This document shows, piece after piece, positions 1-9,160 of a stretch of DNA of 64,000 nt. A program made the position numbers and the translations under genes. Positions within the stretch are counted from its first letter, which is position 1, and each line of letters starts with the position of its first letter. The notes beneath the pieces were generated by a model. That model was not told the DNA's origin and did not search any database. It saw only the letters and a list, made by a program, of their open reading frames with translations. Location: the NCBI GenBank assembly GCA_009694375.1, contig SHVB01000004.1, positions 97,296 through 161,295 of the forward strand. The letters are read 5' to 3'. The DNA is from Acidimicrobiia bacterium (lineage in GTDB: Bacteria; Actinomycetota; Acidimicrobiia; Acidimicrobiales; VFJN01).

Positions 1-541
1 GGACCTCGGTGCAGCGGAGGTGGACACGCTTGCCGTACTCCGCCGGGGAGTGAGCGAGCAGCGGCAGTTGCATCTCGACTATTACTCTTTTGCCCGAGAC
101 ACCCGCACGCAGCGCAACGTGAACCCGTATCTGGTGGAGGCCCAAGACAGCAGCCTCTATTTGCTGGCCTATTGCCACCAGGCCCAGGCCGACCGGCGCT
201 TCCGGGTGGACCGGATCGTGTCGGCCACCCTCCTAGACGACACGTTCGTGACGCCGACGGGGGCGGGGGAGCGCGGATTGTTCGAGCCCGATGCCACCGA
301 CCCCCGTGTCACCTTGGACCTGGAGCCCGCGGCGGCGTGGGTGATCGAGACCTACCCGATGGAATCGGTGGAGATGAGACCAGACGGACGCCAGCGGGTG
401 ACCTTGGCGGTGAGCGCCGAAGCGTGGCTGGCGCGGCTGTTGCTAGCCCTGGGGCCCCACGCCACGGTAGTGAGCGGCGCTCCCGATCTCGTCGACGCCG
501 GTAGGCGATCCGCCGCCCAGATTCTCGCCCGCTACGCTTGA
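1..541 (+). CDS. WYL-domain transcriptional regulator (PafB/PafC-like), 5'-truncated by window edge
   Basis: Frame is open from base 2 to TGA 539-541. WYL-type core (LYLLAYCHQAQADRRFRVDRI) plus a C-terminal extension. Lies upstream of tatA-tatC-helY, as pafBC does in mycobacteria. Confidence 0.75.
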   Translation, partial: DLGAAEVDTLAVLRRGVSEQRQLHLDYYSFARDTRTQRNVNPYLVEAQDSSLYLLAYCHQAQADRRFRVDRIVSATLLDDTFVTPTGAGERGLFEPDATDPRVTLDLEPAAAWVIETYPMESVEMRPDGRQRVTLAVSAEAWLARLLLALGPHATVVSGAPDLVDAGRRSAAQILARYA

Positions 542-547
542 CCCTCC

Positions 548-1177
548 GTGGCTGATACAACCGACCCTCCCCAATCGGATGCTGTGGAATCCGAGGGTTC
601 CGATGCGAGTGGCCGAGGCACGACCCCGCTGCGCTCCAGCGTGGAATGGGTTGCGGTGGTCGTGGGTGCCTTGCTCGTGGCGTTGCTGATCAAGACCTTT
701 CTTTTCCAGGCCTTCTACATTCCGTCCGGGTCGATGGAACCCACCCTCGAAGTGGGCGATCGCTTGGTGGTGAACAAGGTGAGTTATCGCCTGCACGACG
801 TGTCTCGGGGAGACGTGATCGTGTTCGAGATCCCCGATTACGAGGTGGGGGCCGACGGGATCAAGGACCTGATCAAGCGGGTGGTGGGTCTCCCGGGCGA
901 CACGATCGAGACGCAGGACGGGGCCGTGTACATCAACGATCGGAAACTCGAGGAGCCCTATCTCCCCGAGGGCACCCTCACCGGAGATCCGGCCCAGGGG
1001 AACAATCCCTCGATCCCGCGCCAGGTGGTACCGGAGGGGCATGTCTTCGTGCTCGGCGACAATCGCGACAACTCAGCCGACAGTCGGTACCCGTTCCGGG
1101 GGCCGATTCCCCTTGAGGACATCGTGGGTCGAGCCTTCGTATTGGTGTGGCCCCCGTCCTCGGTCGGGGTGCTCTGA
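548..1177 (+). CDS. lepB: signal peptidase I
   Basis: GTG start, one N-terminal TM helix, Ser box SGSMEPTL, Lys box IKRVVGLPGD, box E GDNRDNSADSR. Confidence 0.93.
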   Translation: MADTTDPPQSDAVESEGSDASGRGTTPLRSSVEWVAVVVGALLVALLIKTFLFQAFYIPSGSMEPTLEVGDRLVVNKVSYRLHDVSRGDVIVFEIPDYEVGADGIKDLIKRVVGLPGDTIETQDGAVYINDRKLEEPYLPEGTLTGDPAQGNNPSIPRQVVPEGHVFVLGDNRDNSADSRYPFRGPIPLEDIVGRAFVLVWPPSSVGVL

Positions 1178-1181
1178 GCGG

Positions 1182-1898
1182 TCAGGCCCCTGAGGCAAGG
1201 GCATCGACCATGCGGTCGACGTGATCGGAGTACACCGCATCGATCCCGGTGTCGAGCAGGTTGTCCAGGATTCGCCGGTGTTGGGCATCCCAACCAAAGC
1301 ACAACACGCCGAAGCGGTGGAACAGTGAGGTGCGTCCCCCCGTCCACTCCGACTGGTGCAGGGCCACGGCGTCGATTCCTCGCTCGGCCATCAGCGCCGC
1401 ATGGGACTCGGCCCCGTCGGGCATGCGGGAGACAAACGTGGAGTGCACGAGATGTACCTCCGGGCACGCCGGGCGCCATTGGGTGAGTTGGTCCAATTCG
1501 GGGTGGCAGATCCACAGCTGCGCCAGAGCCTCCGGTCCGGCTCCCCGGGCCACGGCCAGCACGCGACCAAAGGCGGCGGCGTCCTTGAGATCCAAGGAGA
1601 TCTCCAGGGTGGTCCCCACCGCGTCGTAGAGGTCGGCCAGGGTGGGCACATGGGCGGGTAATTCGGCCCGGGTGTATTCAGCGATCGGTCGCGAACGGAG
1701 ACGGCGGCGCACCACCCCGTCGTGATCCAGGACCGCCTCGTCATCCCGGGTAAGCCACACATCGGATTCGAGCCCCGTCGCCCCGAGGCGTACCGCCAGC
1801 ACGAACGCCTCCAGGGTGTTGTCGGGTGCGTTAGCTCGAGCACCGCGGTGGGCGAAGCCGATGGGAGGACGGCGCAGCGAGGGGAGTCGAGTGGGCAT
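1182..1898 (-). CDS. glycerophosphodiester phosphodiesterase family protein
   Basis: GDPD N-terminal signature FAHRGA..PDNTLEAF..GLESDVWLTRDDEAVLDHDG. Confidence 0.85.
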   Translation of the reverse strand: MPTRLPSLRRPPIGFAHRGARANAPDNTLEAFVLAVRLGATGLESDVWLTRDDEAVLDHDGVVRRRLRSRPIAEYTRAELPAHVPTLADLYDAVGTTLEISLDLKDAAAFGRVLAVARGAGPEALAQLWICHPELDQLTQWRPACPEVHLVHSTFVSRMPDGAESHAALMAERGIDAVALHQSEWTGGRTSLFHRFGVLCFGWDAQHRRILDNLLDTGIDAVYSDHVDRMVDALASGA

Positions 1899-2000
1899 GG
1901 GTTCGCATTGTGGCAGACCTACTCAAGCCTTACAGCGCGACGGTCGATACAACCCCAAGCGTAAAAAAGCCAATGGGTCGCTGGAGGAGGAGAGCACAAG

Positions 2001-2321
2001 ATGACAACGGTGATTAAGGCGAGTTGCTGTGACTGCGGGGATGTCGAACTCGGAGTTGACGATCTCAAGGTGCGGGTATGCACCTACGACGATCAGGGCA
2101 GTTTCGTGTTCCGTTGCCCGACGTGCCGTATGTCGACGGCCAAGCCCGCGGAGGCCCACGTGATCGAGATGCTGGTGGCCTCCGGGGTCCGTCTGGTGAA
2201 ATGGCGGCTCCCGGCGGAGATCTTCGAACCCCACCATGGGGCGCCGATTAGCCACGATGATCTGATCGAGTTCCACAAGCTCATCCAAGAGGACGACTGG
2301 TACGAGGCTGTTCTAGGCTAG
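2001..2321 (+). CDS. small cysteine-rich (zinc-ribbon-like) hypothetical protein
   Basis: 106-aa ORF behind a strong RBS (GGAGGAGGAGAG). Cys pairs CCDCG and CPTC. No family recognised. Confidence 0.6.
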   Translation: MTTVIKASCCDCGDVELGVDDLKVRVCTYDDQGSFVFRCPTCRMSTAKPAEAHVIEMLVASGVRLVKWRLPAEIFEPHHGAPISHDDLIEFHKLIQEDDWYEAVLG

Positions 2322-2323
2322 AG

Positions 2324-2530
2324 GTGATGTCGTTGCTCTGGGCAGTTCCACCGGTGGTCGTGACGCTGGCGGGCATTATGAGCCTCCGGTGGCTGCGGAG
2401 CATCGCCGAGGCGTCGAGTGAGCTGCGGGCCGAGTTGGTCCAGCTTTCCGAACTGACCGACGCGCTCGACGAGCTGCGGCGGGCGGGGGGCCAGACACGC
2501 GCTTGCCTGGAGGGTCTGCGCCGGGCCTGA
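2324..2530 (+). CDS. small membrane-anchored hypothetical protein
   Basis: 68-aa ORF starting 3 nt after the previous stop. N-terminal hydrophobic helix, then a helical Leu/Glu/Arg-rich tail. No family recognised. Confidence 0.4.
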   Translation: MMSLLWAVPPVVVTLAGIMSLRWLRSIAEASSELRAELVQLSELTDALDELRRAGGQTRACLEGLRRA

Positions 2531-2561
2531 CCCCGCCGTTGAGGGCCGGTAGAGTGGCCTT

Positions 2562-2897
2562 GTGTTCAACGTTGGACCTGCCGAATTCCTCGTTATCGGG
2601 CTTATCGCCTTGATCGTGCTCGGCCCCCGCCGTCTCCCCCATGCCGCTCGCCAGATCGGCAAGGTGCTGGGGGATCTCCGACGGATGTCCGAAGGCTTCC
2701 AAAAAGAGATGAAATCCACCATGGCCGGGGTGGAGGATCTCACCCGCTTCTCGGATCGTCGCACGGTCCTTGGAACCGATGCGGCCCCAGTGGCCAAGCC
2801 GGTCGTTTCCGATAGCAGCGCCGAGGCTGCCATCGCGGCGGTGAGCGAGGCCCCCGCGGCCCCGACCGACCCGGTTAATCCTCCCGTCGTCTTGTAG
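2562..2897 (+). CDS. tatA: twin-arginine translocase TatA/TatB-family protein
   Basis: GTG start. N-terminus MFNVGPAEFLVIGLIALIVLGPRRLP is the canonical TatA/B TM plus hinge. Immediately precedes tatC. Confidence 0.9.
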   Translation: MFNVGPAEFLVIGLIALIVLGPRRLPHAARQIGKVLGDLRRMSEGFQKEMKSTMAGVEDLTRFSDRRTVLGTDAAPVAKPVVSDSSAEAAIAAVSEAPAAPTDPVNPPVVL

Positions 2898-3661
2898 TGA
2901 GCGCCGCCGCCCATCCCGAGGACGGGCGCATGTCGCTCATTGACCACCTCACCGAGGTGCGTCAGCGGGTCATCAAGATCGTGCTCGCTGTCGTAGTGGG
3001 GATGACGATTTCCTTCATGCTCTACGGGCCGATCTCGAACTTTCTGATTCAGCCTTACGTCGACGCCTGTACCAACTCGGTCTCAGATTGCAAACTCCTG
3101 GCGCTTGACCCCCTCGAGGGGTTCGGGGTGCGCATGAAGTTGGCCACCTACGGAGGCATCTTCATCGCCATGCCGGTGATCCTCTGGCAACTGTGGAGAT
3201 TCATCACCCCGGGTCTCTACTCCCACGAAAAAAAGTACGCCATCCCCTTCATGTCGAGCGCCCTTTTGCTGTTCCTCACCGGCGCCGGGATCGCTTACTA
3301 CACGTTGCCCCAGGCGCTGACCTTCCTGCAGCAGATCGGGGGGTCCGACATCGTCACGGCGTACTCGCCCGGTAAGTACTACGGCTTGATCAGCTACATG
3401 ATGTTGGCCTTCGGTATCGGTTTTGAGTTTCCGATTGTGCTCGTGTTTGCCCAGATGCTCGGGATTATCACGCCCGATAATCTGCGTCACGCGCGGCGCT
3501 ACGCCATCGTGGGGATCTGCGTAACGGTGGCGGTTATCACCCCGTCGGGCGACCCCATCAGCATGTTGGCGCTTTCCATACCGATGGTGCTGTTCTACGA
3601 GGTGTCGATCATCCTCGGAAGCATCATCGTGCGACGGACGAACGCGACCGCGGCGGCATGA
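2897..3661 (+). CDS. tatC: twin-arginine translocase subunit TatC
   Basis: GTG overlaps the tatA stop by 1 nt. Six-TM profile with TatC-like motifs (LIDHLTEVRQR, WRFITPGLY..EKK). Confidence 0.93.
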   Translation: MSAAAHPEDGRMSLIDHLTEVRQRVIKIVLAVVVGMTISFMLYGPISNFLIQPYVDACTNSVSDCKLLALDPLEGFGVRMKLATYGGIFIAMPVILWQLWRFITPGLYSHEKKYAIPFMSSALLLFLTGAGIAYYTLPQALTFLQQIGGSDIVTAYSPGKYYGLISYMMLAFGIGFEFPIVLVFAQMLGIITPDNLRHARRYAIVGICVTVAVITPSGDPISMLALSIPMVLFYEVSIILGSIIVRRTNATAAA

Positions 3662-3671
3662 GGCCGCCGCG

Positions 3672-6257
3672 GTGAGTGAGTACGGGTTCCCGCTCGACCC
3701 CTTCCAGCTGCGGGCGATGACGGCCATCGACGAAGATCGCTCGGTGCTCGTGGCTGCCCCCACCGGATCGGGCAAGACCGTGGTGGCCGAACATGCGGTG
3801 GCTCGGGCTCTCGCCGGCGGGGGGAAGGCCTTTTACACGGCCCCCATCAAGGCGCTTTCCAATCAGAAATACGCTGACTTGGTGGCTCGCTACGGCCGGG
3901 AGTCGGTGGGCTTGCTCACGGGCGATAACAGCATCAACGGCGGCGCCAGCATTGTGGTGATGACCACCGAGGTCCTTCGCAACATGGTCTATGCCGGATC
4001 GCCCGTCATGGAGGGCCTGCAATGGGTGGTGATCGACGAAGTTCATTTCCTCCAGGACCCCTATCGCGGGCCGGTCTGGGAGGAGGTGATGATCCACCTC
4101 CCTGCCGGTGTGCGGCTGGTGTGCCTCTCGGCCACCGTGTCGAACGCAGAAGAGTTGGCCGAGTGGATCAGCACCGTCCGGGGCCCGACCGAGGTGGTGA
4201 TCGAGGAATGCCGCCCGGTCGAACTCCGCAACCTGTACTGCGTGGGCGACAAAGCCAATCCCGGGCTACCCCTGCTCCCCATCCTGGTGGATGGGCTAGC
4301 CAACCCCGAGGCTAATCGTTTCGATGAGGGCCCCCGCCGGGGTGGGGGTCGGCGGCCCTTTTTTACGCCGCGCCGAGTGGCGGTGATCCAACGTCTCCAG
4401 GACGAATCGATGCTTCCGGCCATCACATTCATCTTCAGTCGTAAGGGTTGCGACGAAGCGTGCAATCAGTTAGCGGACGCGGGCCTGCGCCTCACCACCT
4501 CCTCCGAGGCCGCCCGGGTGCGGGCCATTGTGCAGGAACGGACTGCCTCCCTCGCCCCGGCTGACCTGGTGGCGTTGGGTTTCGACCGCTTTTTGGCGGC
4601 GCTGGAGGCGGGGGTGGCGGCGCATCACGCCGGGATGGTGCCACCGTTCAAGGAAGCGGTGGAAGCGTGTTTCATCGCGGGGCTCACCAAGGCAGTGTTT
4701 GCCACCGAGACGTTGGCCATGGGGGTGAACATGCCGGCTCGAAGTGTGGTGATCGAGCGACTCTCGAAATTCGCCGGGGACGGACGCGAAATGCTCACAT
4801 CGGGTGAATACACCCAACTGACCGGCCGGGCCGGGCGACGGGGGATCGACGACTTGGGTTACGCCATCGTGCTCTGGTCTCCCTTTGTGCCTTTCGAGGA
4901 GGTGGCGGCGCTGGCCTTGAGTCGGTCGTTTGCTCTCCGATCGGCGTTTCGTCCCACCTTCAACATGGCGGCCAACCTCGTGAAGCGCTACCAGCCGGAA
5001 CGGGCGCACCATCTCCTGGACCTGTCCTTTGCGCAGTACCAAGCCGACCGCTCCGTGGTGCGGATCGAAGCCCGTATCGAACGGGAACGGCGCCGCCTCG
5101 CCCGCCTCACCGCCGAGGCCACCTGTGAACTGGGTGATGTGGAGGAATACCGCCAGCAGCGCGCGGTGGCAGCCCGCCCGGGCGGAGATGGGGGCACCAT
5201 GGCGGTGTCGGCCGCATTGAGTCGGTTGGCCCCCGGGGATCTGGTGGTGGTCGATGGTGCCGCACTGGCGGTGGTGTCGGTGGCTCTGCGCAAGGGTCAT
5301 CCCAAGGTGGCGGTGATCGACGAGCGAGGGAAACCCCGCACCCTGCGCGGCCCAGACCTGTCGGTGGCGCCTATACCCATCACCACCGTCACCCTGCCTC
5401 AGCCGTACGACCCACACAATCGGAGATTTCACCATCATGTGGGAGAGACCCTGCGGCGGGCGATGGTGGGTCTGGAGCGCTCCACGGAAGGGGTGCGGAA
5501 CATCGCCCCGGGGTTGGCGGCCGACACTCACCCCGTGGCCGACTGTCCCGACCGGGCAGCCCACCTCCGGGCGGCGGGCCAAGCCCAGCGGGTTCGGGGC
5601 AAGCTGGAGAACCTGCAACGACAGGGGCAAAGCCGCACGGAGTCTCTGGCCCGCAAGTTCGATCGGGTGTTAGATCTTCTTGAGGCGTGGGGTTATCTAG
5701 ATGGCTGGGCACTCACCCCGGCGGGCGAGGTGCTCGCCCGCACCTATCACGAGAGCGATCTACTGGTGGCGGAGGCGCTCATCACTGGTCTGTTCGACAA
5801 CCTCGACGCGCCCACGATGGCGGCCATGGCCTCGTGTTTCACCTACGAGCACCGAGGGCGCGACCAACCCCGGGCCCCTCGCTTCCCCTCCTCCACCCTC
5901 CGGGGACGCTTTGACGTGTTGGAGGGCCTGGCGGCGGACCTGCTGGTGGACGAGGAGGCGGCCGGGCTCCCCGGGACCCGCCCGCCCGACGCGGGCTTCG
6001 TGCATCTCGCTCATGCCTGGGCCAGCGGTACCGGCTTGGCCGAGGTCCTTGAGCAGGCCGACCTCTCCGGCGGCGATTTCGTGCGCAACATCAAGCAACT
6101 CGCCGACCTGCTGCGGGGACTCGGGAGCATCGCGCCGGTTCCGGCCACCGCCGCGCGGGCCCGACAGGCCGCCGCTGCCCTCCAGCGCGGGGTCGTGACA
6201 GCCACCTCGGCCCTGCCGGCGTTGGCCGACGTGGAGCGGTCCGGTGCCGATTCGTAA
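3672..6257 (+). CDS. helY: Ski2-like DEAD/DEAH-box RNA helicase HelY
   Basis: Walker A APTGSGKT, DEVH box VIDEVHF, long Ski2-type C-terminal region. Follows tatC as helY does in mycobacteria. Confidence 0.9.
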   Translation: MSEYGFPLDPFQLRAMTAIDEDRSVLVAAPTGSGKTVVAEHAVARALAGGGKAFYTAPIKALSNQKYADLVARYGRESVGLLTGDNSINGGASIVVMTTEVLRNMVYAGSPVMEGLQWVVIDEVHFLQDPYRGPVWEEVMIHLPAGVRLVCLSATVSNAEELAEWISTVRGPTEVVIEECRPVELRNLYCVGDKANPGLPLLPILVDGLANPEANRFDEGPRRGGGRRPFFTPRRVAVIQRLQDESMLPAITFIFSRKGCDEACNQLADAGLRLTTSSEAARVRAIVQERTASLAPADLVALGFDRFLAALEAGVAAHHAGMVPPFKEAVEACFIAGLTKAVFATETLAMGVNMPARSVVIERLSKFAGDGREMLTSGEYTQLTGRAGRRGIDDLGYAIVLWSPFVPFEEVAALALSRSFALRSAFRPTFNMAANLVKRYQPERAHHLLDLSFAQYQADRSVVRIEARIERERRRLARLTAEATCELGDVEEYRQQRAVAARPGGDGGTMAVSAALSRLAPGDLVVVDGAALAVVSVALRKGHPKVAVIDERGKPRTLRGPDLSVAPIPITTVTLPQPYDPHNRRFHHHVGETLRRAMVGLERSTEGVRNIAPGLAADTHPVADCPDRAAHLRAAGQAQRVRGKLENLQRQGQSRTESLARKFDRVLDLLEAWGYLDGWALTPAGEVLARTYHESDLLVAEALITGLFDNLDAPTMAAMASCFTYEHRGRDQPRAPRFPSSTLRGRFDVLEGLAADLLVDEEAAGLPGTRPPDAGFVHLAHAWASGTGLAEVLEQADLSGGDFVRNIKQLADLLRGLGSIAPVPATAARARQAAAALQRGVVTATSALPALADVERSGADS

Positions 6258-6855
6258 GGGTGAGGCGTGGGGGGCGGTAGGACCACTCCCACCCGACACC
6301 GTGGTGGTGCGAAGCAACACGCAAGCCCGGGCGGTGGTGACCGAAGCGCGGCGGCATGGCCGGGAGATTCCGCCGCTGGCCCTCCTCGGGGGCGACCTTT
6401 GTCGCACCCTGGGCGGCACCGGAGATGAGCCGCGCCTCCGCTCGGGAGGGGCCACTGAGGTTGGGGTAGACCTCGGGGCGGTCTTGCTCGATGGTCGGCT
6501 GCATTGGTTCCTCGCCCATCTGGTGGCCCGCCAAGGTTGGTGGAGGGGTCGAGTGGTGGTGGCGATGAACGCGCAGTTCATCGGGCACTGGGATGTGGCA
6601 CCGCGTGGCCATCCCAACGACGGTCGTCTTGAGCTGCTCGATGCCGACCTCCCGCTGGGCACGCGCATGCAGGTGCGGTCTCGGCTTGCCACCGGCACCC
6701 ATGTGCCCCATCCCGGGATCGAGGAGAGCCACGTGTCGAGCCAACAAATTGAGCTGGACCAACCCACGCCCGTGTACCTCGACGGTGATCTGGTGGGTCC
6801 AGCTCGGCAGCTCAGCCTGCGCGTCGAGCCCAACGCCTTGCGTTGTTTTCTCTGA
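6244..6855 (+). CDS. hypothetical protein with DAG-kinase/YegS accessory-domain-like C-terminus
   Basis: GTG start overlaps the helY 3' end by 14 nt. The C-terminal half (HPNDGRLELLDADLP..GTHVPHPG..VYLDGDLVG) resembles the lipid-kinase accessory domain. No intact GGDGT motif seen (only LLGGDLCRTLGG). Confidence 0.5.
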   Translation: MPIRKGEAWGAVGPLPPDTVVVRSNTQARAVVTEARRHGREIPPLALLGGDLCRTLGGTGDEPRLRSGGATEVGVDLGAVLLDGRLHWFLAHLVARQGWWRGRVVVAMNAQFIGHWDVAPRGHPNDGRLELLDADLPLGTRMQVRSRLATGTHVPHPGIEESHVSSQQIELDQPTPVYLDGDLVGPARQLSLRVEPNALRCFL

Positions 6856-6905
6856 GCGGCCGGGCTCAGCACGGGGCCGGGAGCGGCAGACCCTACGGTG
6901 GGGGG

Positions 6906-7889
6906 ATGCAGGCTTGGATCCTTGATGCGTCGCCGGGGCAGTACCGATGGGGTGAGCTACCCGATCCCGAGGTGGGAATGGATGACGTAGCGGTGCGTCC
7001 GATGGCCACCGCCTTGAACCACATGGATCTCTGGCTGACCCGAGGCCGACCGCGTCCGTTGCTGCCCCATGTACCCGGCTGCGACGTGGCGGGCGTGGTG
7101 GCGAGCGTGGGGGCCGCAGTGACCTCAATAGGGGTGGGCGACGAAGTGGTGGTGAATCCGGCCGTGGCCCCGTTAGAGGCCATCATCGCCTTGGGCGATA
7201 ACGCCCCGCTGGGACGGGGGTTCCAGATCCTTGGGGAGCAGCGCTGGGGCGGGCACGCCGAGATGGTGGTGGTTCCGGCTCGCAATGTGGTGGCGCGTCC
7301 CCCTGACCGTTCCTGGGCCGAATGTGCCGCCTACCCGCTCGCCACCCTCACGGCGTGGCGAATGCTCCAACGCGCCCGCCTGGGCGCGGGGGAGCGGTGC
7401 CTGATCGTGGGTATTGGAGGGGGCGTGAGCACCGCGGCCCTGCACCTAGCCGTGCGAATGGGAGCCGAAGTACATGTGACCTCCCGTGATGCGGCCAAAC
7501 GGAGGGCGGCTCTGGTTTTGGGGGCTGCTGCCGCCTACGACTCGGGCGAGGAGTGGCCGGTGAAGGCCGAGGTAGTGGTGGAGAGCGTGGGCCCCGCCAC
7601 CTGGGACCGCTCGGTGGGAGCGCTGGTGCCGGGTGGGCGGCTGGTGGTCTGTGGCGGGACGTCAGGCCCCACCGTGGAGCTGAACATCCCCCGGCTGTTT
7701 TTCAAGCAGATCGAGGTGATTGGCTCAACGATGGGCGGCTACGGCGAGTTCGGCGAGGTCACGCGCCTGATGGGCCAGGACCTCCCGGTGACGATCGACA
7801 GCACCTTTCCGCTGGCCCAGTATCCCGCTGCTCTGGCCCATCTCGATTCGGCATCCCAACTCGGGAAGGTTGTGCTCCTACACGGGTAA
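6906..7889 (+). CDS. zinc-type alcohol dehydrogenase / quinone oxidoreductase (MDR superfamily)
   Basis: MDR layout with Rossmann motif LIVGIGGGVS. ATG 6906 preferred over the upstream track start 6843. Confidence 0.85.
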   Translation: MQAWILDASPGQYRWGELPDPEVGMDDVAVRPMATALNHMDLWLTRGRPRPLLPHVPGCDVAGVVASVGAAVTSIGVGDEVVVNPAVAPLEAIIALGDNAPLGRGFQILGEQRWGGHAEMVVVPARNVVARPPDRSWAECAAYPLATLTAWRMLQRARLGAGERCLIVGIGGGVSTAALHLAVRMGAEVHVTSRDAAKRRAALVLGAAAAYDSGEEWPVKAEVVVESVGPATWDRSVGALVPGGRLVVCGGTSGPTVELNIPRLFFKQIEVIGSTMGGYGEFGEVTRLMGQDLPVTIDSTFPLAQYPAALAHLDSASQLGKVVLLHG

Positions 7890-7898
7890 CCTTCGGGA

Positions 7899-9128
7899 GT
7901 GGACCTCGTTTCTCTAAAATCTCGCTTACGGAAGTCGGTACAGGACTGTTCTCCGCTCCTCTTGGATGCCTCGCATCAGATTCACGACCACCCTGAGCTG
8001 GGCTACGAGGAACACTTTGCCCACGATCTCCTCACCGGGATACTCGAGGCGGAGGGGTTAGCGGTGGAGCGTGGCGCCTTCGGCCTCGACACGGCCTTTG
8101 TGGCCCGCGCCGGCCATCGCGGGCCCACGATCGCGGTGCTTTGCGAGTACGACGCTCTCCCCGGGATTGGTCATGCCTGCGGACACAACATCATTGCCAC
8201 GGCTGGGCTCGGGGCGGGCTTGGCCGCCGCCGCGGTAGCCGAGGAGGTGGGAGGTCAGGTCGTGATCCTGGGAACCCCGGCTGAGGAAGGCGGGGGCGGC
8301 AAAATCCGGATGGCGCGTGCTGGGGCCTTCGAAGGGGTGGACGCCGCGTTGATGGTGCACCCCGCTGGGCATGACCTCGCTCGCATGAACGTGATTGCGG
8401 TGCAGGAATTGGTAGCCACCTACACCGGGAAAGCGGCCCATGCCGCTGCCTTCCCCCACGATGGTCGCAATGCCCTCGATGCGGCGGTGCTGGGGTATCT
8501 GAACGTGGCGGCCTTGCGGCAGCACATCCTCCCCAGTGAACGCGTCCATGGCGTCTTCTCCGAGGCGGGGGAGAAGGCAAATATCGTGCCGGCGCGGGCG
8601 GTGGCGGAGTGGATGGTGCGTTCCGAGAGCATTGCCGCCTTGGAGCCCCTCAATGCGCGCGTGGTGGCGGCATTACAGGGCGGGGCGACCGCCACCGGCT
8701 GCGAGGTGGAGATTTGGTGGAAGCCAGTGGTGTACGCCGACATGCTGGACAACGAGGTGATCCTGAACCTCTACAAGGCCAACGCCAGTGCCTTGGGCCG
8801 CACGGTGATGGAGCCGGATGGGAAGCACCAGGTGGTGGGGAGTACCGACATGGGCAACGTCAGTTACCTGGTTCCTTCCATCCACCCGATGGTGGCGGCT
8901 GCCCCGGCGGGAACCCTGATTCATACCCCAGACTTTGCCAACCACGCCCGGGGTGCGCACGGAGACGAAGCGGTGGTAGCGGGGGCGGTGGCGATGGCCT
9001 GGACGGTGGCAGACCTCTGGCTCGGCGAGGGTGTGCTCGGCGCCGTGCAGGCCGAATTCGCCCACACCATGGCCCGAGTGGGGCCCGAAGGCCGTCGATC
9101 CGCCATTGAGGAGGGCAGCGGGGCGTAA
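7899..9128 (+). CDS. M20-family amidohydrolase / peptidase
   Basis: M20 metal-binding region CEYDALPGIGHACGHN and a dimerisation-domain-like middle part. Confidence 0.85.
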   Translation: MDLVSLKSRLRKSVQDCSPLLLDASHQIHDHPELGYEEHFAHDLLTGILEAEGLAVERGAFGLDTAFVARAGHRGPTIAVLCEYDALPGIGHACGHNIIATAGLGAGLAAAAVAEEVGGQVVILGTPAEEGGGGKIRMARAGAFEGVDAALMVHPAGHDLARMNVIAVQELVATYTGKAAHAAAFPHDGRNALDAAVLGYLNVAALRQHILPSERVHGVFSEAGEKANIVPARAVAEWMVRSESIAALEPLNARVVAALQGGATATGCEVEIWWKPVVYADMLDNEVILNLYKANASALGRTVMEPDGKHQVVGSTDMGNVSYLVPSIHPMVAAAPAGTLIHTPDFANHARGAHGDEAVVAGAVAMAWTVADLWLGEGVLGAVQAEFAHTMARVGPEGRRSAIEEGSGA

Positions 9129-9160
9129 CCTGCTGACTCCACCGTTATCAGGACCATTCG

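Noticed and set aside
4470-7128. Several 345-386-aa minus-strand ORFs (4470-5630, 5760-6872, 6091-7128)
   Set aside because: Antisense to helY and the downstream genes. Arg/Pro/Gly-rich, mutually overlapping, with no domain signatures.
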